A stretch of 64,000 bases of DNA from contig CAWBQK010000004.1 of the NCBI GenBank assembly GCA_963791045.1, positions 1-64,000 of the forward strand. The letters run 5' to 3'. The position numbers and the translations under genes were made by a program. Under the pieces are notes generated by a model that did no database searches, was not told the origin of the DNA, and saw only the letters and a list, made by a program, of their open reading frames with translations. Source of the DNA: Candidatus Latescibacterota bacterium. GTDB lineage: Bacteria > Krumholzibacteriota > Krumholzibacteriia > WVZY01. Below are positions 9,746 to 17,828 of this stretch, one piece after another; positions within the stretch are counted from its first letter, which is position 1, and each line of letters opens with the position of its first letter.

Positions 9746-11469
9746 TACACTGCACCACCTTTTATATTCTCGCCGAGCGAGGCAAGCCTCTTCCTGGTGA
9801 TATCCAGTTGGTGCTTTGCGTCTCCTCTGAGCAGACCTACGTGCGCGGCTTGTGTGTCGAGATAGTATTGCACCTGCGGCAGCGGTTCCCACAGGAACTC
9901 GTCGCCGTATTTGTATCCGTAACGAGACGAACTCCCGAGCTTTTCCGTCACCGAAACGTCCGGGTCGTACCCAACCGTTTCGAGAAGGCCGGCGGTGAAT
10001 CCATGCCGGTCCGCCAACTCCTCGAATGCGTCATGGACATTGGCGCCGTGCTGCGCCGCTTCTTTCGACCTGAGCGCGACATCCTTGGGCACGCCGAGCA
10101 CGACGCTCACCGCCCGGTGAATCCTCTTTCCGAGTACGTCCTCTCCCTTTTTGATCTTGTGTTGCGGCGCGATAGCAAACGCGCAGCGGATCACCTCCGG
10201 GTCAAGGTACGGAACTCTCAGCTCAATACTGTGGGCCATCGCTATCTTGTCCTCGCGCTCGAGACATTCCTTGTAGAGCAAAAACGCGTCTTCCCACGAG
10301 CGATCGACAAACGAATCGTATCCTTCGCGATCCACGATGGTCGGATACCACGGGTATCCACCGAAAAGCTCATCGGCGCCTTGTCCCGTGAGAACCACGC
10401 GTTCTCCCGCCTCCTGCGCCATTCGGATCGCGGCGAAGACGGGAATCGCCACCTCGACCTGATTGAGGCTGTGATCCTCGATCGTCTCGATGACTTCGGG
10501 GATCATCGCGTCAATGTCTTCGGCGCTGAGCCGTTTGATCTCGAGAGGAAAGTCGCTGTCTTGCGCGGTGCGCACCGCCCAGTCGATGTCCGACGACCCC
10601 TCGTTTCGACCCGCGACGTAACAGGTAAAAGGAACACCGAGCTTTTGAACGACGTGGGCTATGAGAAAACTGTCGATTCCACCCGAATAAATAATCCCCA
10701 CTCGTTCTCTGTCGTGTACTCGTTTTCTGATAGCATCCTCGAGAACCCGGCCGTATTTTTCGATCGCCTCGTTCGCGTCGGTCACGAGCTTGTCTGTCTT
10801 CAACTTCTCGGGCTGCCAGAACACGCGAATTTGCCGCGAGCCAGGCTCGATAATCATCATTCGACCCGGAAGGAGCCGATTGATTTCGGCTTCGGATCCG
10901 TGGAGTGCGAAGAGCGGCTTCTTTTCCGATGCAAAGGCCGTCACACCCTCAGAGAAACTGTAATACAGCTGACGGACGCCGACACGATCGCGCGCGATCA
11001 CCGTCGTCCTGCCATCCGTGGCGGCCAGCGCATACACTCCGTCGAGGTTCGGTAGAAGCCGCTCCACCGCACTCGCGAGATCGCCATTGTACTCGCGCTC
11101 GAGAAGCCGGCAGATGACTTCGCTGTCGCTCCCCGTCTCGAGTGGTTCATCGCCCATCACGCTCGACCACAACTCGCGAAAGTTGTAAATCTCACCGTTG
11201 TGCAAAACGCTCAAGCGCTCGTCGGACGATTGAAATGGTTGCACCCCGTCGGCCCCGCCGGTGATGGCGAGTCTGACGTGTCCGAGTCCAACCGTTCCTT
11301 TGAGACCTTCAAATTCCAGTTCACCCAGCGATCGCGCGCGCTGGCAAACCCGTCCAACCACAACACCGGCCCCGTCGGGCCCGCGGTGATGCTGCGACTC
11401 GAGCATCGTCTTCAACTGAGGTCCAAGATCGCGTACATTGTCTGTCGCGAGTCCGGCGATTCCGCACAT
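9745..11469 (-). CDS. asnB: Asparagine synthetase B-family glutamine-dependent amidotransferase
   Basis: N-terminal MCGIAG (Ntn Cys), HRGPD, HNGEIYNF, SDSEV, SGGIDS (ATP-PPi loop), TGQGADELFGGY and ELRVPYLD. The acceptor substrate may not be aspartate (see findings). Confidence 0.85.
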   Translation of the reverse strand: MCGIAGLATDNVRDLGPQLKTMLESQHHRGPDGAGVVVGRVCQRARSLGELEFEGLKGTVGLGHVRLAITGGADGVQPFQSSDERLSVLHNGEIYNFRELWSSVMGDEPLETGSDSEVICRLLEREYNGDLASAVERLLPNLDGVYALAATDGRTTVIARDRVGVRQLYYSFSEGVTAFASEKKPLFALHGSEAEINRLLPGRMMIIEPGSRQIRVFWQPEKLKTDKLVTDANEAIEKYGRVLEDAIRKRVHDRERVGIIYSGGIDSFLIAHVVQKLGVPFTCYVAGRNEGSSDIDWAVRTAQDSDFPLEIKRLSAEDIDAMIPEVIETIEDHSLNQVEVAIPVFAAIRMAQEAGERVVLTGQGADELFGGYPWYPTIVDREGYDSFVDRSWEDAFLLYKECLEREDKIAMAHSIELRVPYLDPEVIRCAFAIAPQHKIKKGEDVLGKRIHRAVSVVLGVPKDVALRSKEAAQHGANVHDAFEELADRHGFTAGLLETVGYDPDVSVTEKLGSSSRYGYKYGDEFLWEPLPQVQYYLDTQAAHVGLLRGDAKHQLDITRKRLASLGENIKGGAV

Positions 11470-11498
11470 GTTCAATCAGCTCCCTTTTGGGTTGTATG

Positions 11499-12140
11499 TT
11501 ATTTCTTTTTTTTCTTGCCGGTATCGGACGTGGTCACCGGCCGCTGGATCGGCTCAGCGAGCAACGGCGTCGTTTCGAGGAGCGGCGCGGCGTCGAGCGC
11601 CTCAACGTCCATGAGGTCCACGATTCGCTGGAGCGAAAGCGCGATCGTCGCCTGCTCGATGTCCGGAAGATTCTTGAGCGCTGTCGCCAAACCCTCCTGC
11701 AGCGGTGACGGCGCGTTTTGGACCAGCGCGTGCCCCGTGGCCGTCGCCGTAACGTTCACCATTCGGCGATCCCCGGTGTCCCGGACTCGAAGCACGCACG
11801 ATTTGCTCTCCAGACGGTCCAGGATACCGACGACGGTGCTCGGGCTCAGGAAGACTCGCTCCGCAATCCTTTTGAGCGTTAGCGGCCCCTCTTCGACGAT
11901 CGTGATCAAGCAGATGAGCTGGGGGCCCGTAATGTCGTGAGTGCCACGAAGCTTTCTCGAGTGAAGGTCGACCCCCCGAATGATTTTTCGGAGTGCCTGC
12001 AGGATGCGGAGTTCGTATCGTTCGCTCGGGATCTCAGGCGCCTGACGATCTGTCTCGAGATCCACCGGGACGGCCATTGCCGCCTCGGTCGCGCTATCTT
12101 CTTCATTCTCAGCAGGTTGAATGATCGGCTCGTCAGACAT
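11499..12140 (-). CDS. MarR-family regulator, CosR/EctR-like (compatible-solute regulator)
   Basis: LQALRKIIRGVDLHSRKL...ITGPQL...LSPSTVVGILDRLE...DRR...APSPLQ...EQ..I..SLQRIVDLM...DAAPLL resembles the CosR/EctR1 pattern as recalled. Confidence 0.8.
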   Translation of the reverse strand: MSDEPIIQPAENEEDSATEAAMAVPVDLETDRQAPEIPSERYELRILQALRKIIRGVDLHSRKLRGTHDITGPQLICLITIVEEGPLTLKRIAERVFLSPSTVVGILDRLESKSCVLRVRDTGDRRMVNVTATATGHALVQNAPSPLQEGLATALKNLPDIEQATIALSLQRIVDLMDVEALDAAPLLETTPLLAEPIQRPVTTSDTGKKKKK

Positions 12141-12210
12141 CTGTCACCTCTATGATATCAACAGATAAGATTGTGATACAAATGTTTTGTGTTGAAACTA
12201 TATTAACTTC

Positions 12211-12239
12211 ATAGTAACGTTTAGGGATATGTGGGTCAA
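12211..12239 (-). promoter_or_regulatory. Sigma70-type promoter for the regulator-asnB-mpgS operon
   Basis: Minus strand TTGACC-N17-TACTAT. Confidence 0.6.
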
Positions 12240-12344
12240 CCGATATATTGAATTTCTTGCGGATCGTTCTCATCGCATTACACGTCAGCAAGTTACGATC
12301 GACAATTGCGGGTATATCTTCGCACGCGAAAGGAATAGTGTATT

Positions 12345-13697
12345 ATGTGCGATATTTTGGTTGCCCTAGGCGACGCAACAGCGTCCAACCGGGTTATTTT
12401 TGGCAAAAACAGCGACCGCCCTGCGGGTGAGTGTCAGGTTCTCTTCGACTCGGCAACCGAGTCGCCTTCGCGGGACAGCATAATCCAAGCGGCTTTTGTC
12501 GAGGTCCCTGATGTCCCGGACGTGCTTCGGACCATCGGCACCCGTCCCTACTGGTGCTGGGGATACGAGACGGGAATCAACGAGGCCGGCGTCGTCGGGG
12601 GTAACACGGCAGTCTACACCCGGTCGTTCTGGCGGATGGACAATCAGGCAATCCTCGGCTTGACCGGGATGGAGCTTCTTCGCCTCGGTCTCGAACGGGG
12701 ATCAACCGCCCAGGGGGCCATCGACGTCATCACAGTCCTTCTCGAGGCGTACGGCCAATGGGGCCCCGCCGTCATCGGCGCGGATCCCCCACAGTCGTGC
12801 TACGAAAACGCCTTTCTGATCGCTGACGCAAACGAGGCGTGGGTGCTCGAAACCGCCGGTCGGCGTTGGGTGGCCAAGCAAATCGTTTCGGGCGTCCGCG
12901 CGCTTTCCAACGAGCTTTCTATCCGCAGCAAATGGACGGTTGGAAGTCCCGGCATCGTTGAAGACGCCGTTACCAACAAATGGTGGTCACTGGAGGACGG
13001 GCCGCTCGATTTCGCCCGCGCATACAGCGATCACGAGCATTACTCGCGGCAAGCGTCGCACATTCGGTGGTCCCGGGCCACACAGCTCCTCCGCGACGCG
13101 CATGGCGGAATTACACCGGCAATGATGATCGAGTTCCTTCGCGATCACTACGAAGGGACGTTTATCCAGGGCCCACAGTTCGACGTTTACACCCCCGACT
13201 TCCTCACGATTTGCATGCACGACTCGCCGTCGGGGTTCACCTGGGGAAACACGGCGACGTCTTTCGTGGTTGAGATCGATCCGAACAATCCGCTGGCCAC
13301 GCCCTTCTGGTGCTGTTACCAGCCGCCCTGCTCGAGCGTATACCTCCCCTTCACTATGGAGACGACGCTTCCGCCGGCAGTCGCCTCGCCCGGTACGGCG
13401 GGTTTTTTGTCCGAATCCCCGGCCACCGCACCCAAAGACTCGTTTAGCGACGAATCGCTCTGGTGGCGGCTCTATCGGGTGCTCGACGCCGTGAAGGCCA
13501 ACCCCATCAAACGCCGTGAGGAGCTCCGGTCGTACTTCGATCTCGTCGAGCTGTCGGGACACCACTGGGTCGAGACCCTCCCCGCCCTGGGGGCGACGGA
13601 GCGCGCGTCGAAGACCGCCGCCCAGATCGAGTCACAGATGCTCGAAGTCGACGAAATTCTCGCTCGCCTCGAGACTAACTGGAACATTTCTCGCTAG
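12345..13697 (+). CDS. Peptidase C69/secernin-like Ntn-hydrolase
   Basis: MCDILVAL...VIFGKNSDRP..ECQ, PYWCWGYE.GINE.GV, GLTGMELLRLGLERG and FLIAD..EAWVLETAGR.W; N-terminal Cys nucleophile. Confidence 0.85.
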   Translation: MCDILVALGDATASNRVIFGKNSDRPAGECQVLFDSATESPSRDSIIQAAFVEVPDVPDVLRTIGTRPYWCWGYETGINEAGVVGGNTAVYTRSFWRMDNQAILGLTGMELLRLGLERGSTAQGAIDVITVLLEAYGQWGPAVIGADPPQSCYENAFLIADANEAWVLETAGRRWVAKQIVSGVRALSNELSIRSKWTVGSPGIVEDAVTNKWWSLEDGPLDFARAYSDHEHYSRQASHIRWSRATQLLRDAHGGITPAMMIEFLRDHYEGTFIQGPQFDVYTPDFLTICMHDSPSGFTWGNTATSFVVEIDPNNPLATPFWCCYQPPCSSVYLPFTMETTLPPAVASPGTAGFLSESPATAPKDSFSDESLWWRLYRVLDAVKANPIKRREELRSYFDLVELSGHHWVETLPALGATERASKTAAQIESQMLEVDEILARLETNWNISR

Positions 13698-13719
13698 ATC
13701 CGGTAGAATCGGAAACATC

Positions 13720-16267
13720 ATGAAAAAGAAGAAAAACACAATCTTCCTGGTCCCCCATACCCATTACGACGTCGTCTGGGCGATGACGAAACAGGACTAT
13801 CTAAATATCCACAAGAAGATCCTCCGTCAGGCCCTCGACTTGATCGAGAAAACCGATTTCAAATTCCTTATCGAACAAGCGTATCTCCTCGAGCAAATCG
13901 AGTCTCAAGATCCGGACCTGTTCGAGTCGATCTCTCAGGCGATCGCGAGCGGGCGAATAGAGATCGTCGACGGCGAGTACCTCATGCCCGACCCGATGAT
14001 TCCCGCCGAAGAGGTTCTCGTCCGCGAAATTCTCGTCGGAAAAAACTACTGCAAGGACAAGTTCGGGGTGGATGTTCCCGTCGCGTGGATGTCGGACGGG
14101 TTCGGACTCAACGGGCAGCTTCCACAGATCTACAAGAAGTCCGGTTACAAGTGGCTCGCGTTTCGCCGCGGGCTTCCCCGCTCCGTCGGCTCGCGCACCA
14201 GTGAGTTTATTTGGGAAGGAATCGACGGGACACAGATCCCCGCCCACTGGATGCCCTTCGGTTACCGGGCCGGTCTCGATATTACCAAGTGGCACGAGAC
14301 CCACAAGAACCTCGCCGCCCTTGCCACCACGGGAAACGTCCTGATGCCCTGCGGAAGCGGCGGGATGCTCATTCAGGAAGAGATACCCGAGGCCGTCGCG
14401 GAGTGGAACAACACGAACCGGCGGCCACGCATGGTGATCGCAACGCCCCGCGAATTCTTCGAGGCGCTCGATAGAGACGGCGGCCCGTCGACCGTGTTCC
14501 GCGGCGAGCTCTACAGCGCGGACATGGAGGATATATTCCCCGATGTCGTCTCGAGCCGGATCGGGCTCAAGCTTGCCATCCGAGAGTGCGAGGATCTGAT
14601 CAAGTCGATCGAGAAGGCGTCCGCGCTTGCCTATCTCCACGGACAGCGCTACCCCAAGGGACGGCTGAGCGACGCATGGCGAAAGATGCTCTTCCTCGGT
14701 TTTCACGATGTCGTCCCCGCGTGCGGAATCGACGAGATCTACGACGAGGCGTGGCAGTACGTCGACGACATCAAAAAGCTCGCCAACGAATTTTACGGAT
14801 CGTCGCTCGACTCGCTTCTGCCCGACTCCAAGAACGGCGTCGGGGTCATGGTGTTCAATCCCCACAGTTGGGAAATCAAGGACTGGGTCGAGGTCGAGCT
14901 CAATCTCGGGACCGGATGGAGCGCCGAGCCGGGCATCTTCGAGAACGGCAATGAGATTTCGAGCGAGGCCCGGGATATCGAACGATGGGACGACGAAAGC
15001 ATCCAGCGACTTCGAGTCGGCTTCGTCGCCACCGTGCCCCCGCTTGGGTATCGTGTCTATCAGGTTCGCCCGAAGGCCCGTAAGTTCAGAAGCAAGAAAA
15101 TCAAGATCAAGGAAAACGAAGTATCGACGAAGTTTTTCGATCTCCGCATCCTTCCCGAAAGCGGAATCCTCGAAGTCTTCGACAAAGACGGCAACGAGAT
15201 CCTCAAAGGCAACGAGGTCGTCATCGATGCCGAGGTGGGCGACCTCTACTTTCACAAGAGCTATCTCAAACAGCCAATCGGCTCTGAGAGCGGAGAAGGA
15301 ATCAAGTTCGGGGTGTTCAAGCCCGAAGAGCTAAAGATCGAGAAAGGACCTATCCGGACGACGATCACGTACAAGGATTCTTTTTATTGTCTCAGATGGC
15401 CCTACTACCTCACCGACAAATACGAGCCTCTCATCTACAGGCAGAAGACGATCGATGTCGTCAAGAAGGTCGTCGTCTACAATGACATTCCGCGGATCGA
15501 CTTTTTCACGGAGCTCGACTCCCAGCAGTCGCACATCCGCGTGAGGCTTCGTTTCGACACCTGTATGGCCGCCCCGACCTACACCCGCGAGACCCAGTTT
15601 GGCGCCGTCGAACTTCCACGATCCCGAACACTCGAGGAAGGCGTCAAGATGCCATCCCTCACGTGGCTCGCCGCCGACGAGGGCGGACGCGGGCTGGCGT
15701 TTCTGTCGAAGGGCGTCCCGATCAACCAGGTTCGCGGCGGCGAAATCTTCTGCACGCTTCTTCGTAGCGTGTCCGTGTTGTCGGCGGACGGCGTCAGCGG
15801 TCCCCTCATTCCCACACCGGGCGCGATGGAACTCGGTGAGCACTCATACCAGTACTCCGTCTTCCCCTACTCCGGCGAGTGGAAGACCGCCGACGTCCCC
15901 CGCGAAGCCTATCGGTTCGGCGAGGGACTTGTGCGGATTCCAGGTCGATCGAATTCCTACCCCCCTCTCGTACGAGACCTTTCGTCTGTCGCCCCACAAT
16001 CTCGTGATCTCGGCTCTCAAAAAGGCCGAGCGCGACGAGGCCCTCATTTTGCGGTTCTTCGAAACCAGTGGCGATGCGTGCCACGCGAGGTTAAAGCTCC
16101 CGACCAATGTCCGAGGGGTCATCCCGGTCAACTTGATCGAACAGCAGGTGCCCGACACCAACAATATCGAGATGCGTGACCACTGTATCGAACTCGATGT
16201 TCGCCCGTTCGAAATCATCACGCTCAAACTTCTCTTTGATCGCGTGCCGTCGGTAAACAACAAGTAA
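13720..16267 (+). CDS. GH38 alpha-mannosidase (cytoplasmic, MngB-like), frameshift near 15925
   Basis: HTHYDVVW, W..DGFG (nucleophile region) and FHDVV motifs. C-terminal GH38 domain (VISALKKAE...LILRFFE..G...PFEIITLKL) continues in ORF 15599..16267. No signal peptide. Confidence 0.88.
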
Positions 16268-16408
16268 CTATACCCACATGATCATCCACATATTGGGAAT
16301 TGGCGCGGGTCATGATGTATCTTTGAACCGACCGGCACATTTCCCTTTCGCAGAAGGCCGTCTATGGTATAATGGCCGTCTCAACTCTCCCCTGGGAACA
16401 GGAGTCCC

Positions 16409-16924
16409 ATGAGATCCATCCCACACCCAATACGTCGTATAGCAATCATCGCATCGGTCATCTTGCTTATTCCGCTTATCGGCGTGAGCACCGCACCTAT
16501 GCCACCGCCGTACAACCAGTTCACGATCACCGGATTTGTTTTGCGCGAAGACGGTGGCTCCGTGGAAAACATCCCAGTCGTTCTCGCGCACCTCACGGCC
16601 TACGAACCCGACGGCTATCGGATCATTCGCGATTATAGGGGCACAGGGCAAGATGTGGCCCTCACATACCCCGGGGGCACTTTCCATCTGAGTGTGAGAG
16701 CACCCGAACAACGTCCCGATACCATTGCAATTGCCGTAGTGTTCCCGGATAGCGTTATCTACTTCGGTGAGCCCATTTACGTGGACAGCCTCACATTCGG
16801 CACCTCCACCAACTCGTACAAGATCGAGAGCAGTGGTTACTGCAAGTCCAGCGACACGGTGGAATACACGGAGGGGTACCTGTACTCGATTTACGAGCAA
16901 TCAGTGACGATTCCACAGGATTGA
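16409..16924 (+). CDS. Secreted hypothetical protein (171 aa), paralogue of 4499..5014
   Basis: AGGAG RBS, signal peptide, same length and near-identical C-terminal half as 4499..5014; extended -10 TGGTATAAT at 16365-16373. Confidence 0.75.
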   Translation: MRSIPHPIRRIAIIASVILLIPLIGVSTAPMPPPYNQFTITGFVLREDGGSVENIPVVLAHLTAYEPDGYRIIRDYRGTGQDVALTYPGGTFHLSVRAPEQRPDTIAIAVVFPDSVIYFGEPIYVDSLTFGTSTNSYKIESSGYCKSSDTVEYTEGYLYSIYEQSVTIPQD

Positions 16925-16986
16925 CAAAAGTCAATCAACGATATGTCGATCTTGTCTTGTTGAAGTGGTTTCCCGGCAGTGGACGC

Positions 16987-17026
16987 AAAAACACCCCACC
17001 CGAATGAACGGGCGGGGTGTTTTCTT
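16987..17026. terminator. Bidirectional intrinsic terminator (homologue of 5077..5118)
   Basis: aaaaacaccccacccg-aatgaa-cgggcggggtgttttctt. Confidence 0.7.
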
Positions 17027-17052
17027 GGCGTGTTGCTTCAAGCCGGATCGTT

Positions 17053-17797
17053 CTACTCGGACGCCATCCCGAACATCGCGGCAAACGACATTTTCTTGTA
17101 TCCGTCGGGCACGGCGAACTTGGCGTCAGGGATGTCCTGCTCGGTGATGTCTTCGACGTTCATCTGCTCATCGGAGCCTTCTTCATCGTGACTCACCGTC
17201 TTGACCAAAACACCCTTTCCGAAAAGCGCCAGGTACTCATCCGACCCTTCAGGCGACGGCTCGCCCGCCATCGCGCTCATCGACTCCATACAAGATGCAA
17301 ACTGGCCGAGAATCTTCATGACGGCTTCGCAGTCTTTCAGAGCTTCTTGTCGTTGATGAGCCAGACCTCTTCGTAGATTTCACCGTCGGCCATGACTTCG
17401 TACCGGGTCGTCGCAAATCCGGCGACCTTCTTCCCGCGCCCTTTTCAACGATTTCAACCTCGGGCGCGTTCTCCTCGCCCACCATTTTCATCATCATTTC
17501 ACGCTGCTCCTCGGGAATTCCCTCCATCATTTTCTCCATCATCTGTTCCATGTCCCGCACAAATCTCGTCAGCCGTGCCGCTCGAATACATTTGCGCGCA
17601 TCGTCGAAGAAATGAATCATGCCCGATGTTCCGTCAATGATGAACGCCCCGCCCTCCGATTCCGCCCGTATCTTTCCCTTCGAGACATAAAGATCATCCC
17701 CGTTCATTTCGGACATAACCCAGCCGGCGTCAGCAACGGTCGCGGCGCCAAAAAGTACAACAATCGCGATCAGAAGAACTCGTGAGAAATTATTCAT
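17053..17797 (-). CDS. Secreted DUF4412-like protein, multiple frameshifts
   Basis: ATG 17797 with AGGGG RBS and signal peptide. Fragments KVAGFATTRYEV...EVWL and C-terminal VEDITEQDIPDAKFAVPDGYKKM are typical of DUF4412-type proteins. Confidence 0.55.
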
Positions 17798-17828
17798 TGA
17801 AATTCCCCTTGGAAAATACTGTGGTGAA

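Noticed and set aside
9631-11055. Long antisense ORFs (e.g. 9631..11055 +, 13801..15255 -, 5107..6132 +, 39437..40651 +)
   Set aside because: Shadow ORFs opposite well-supported genes in GC-rich DNA, with no recognisable motifs.
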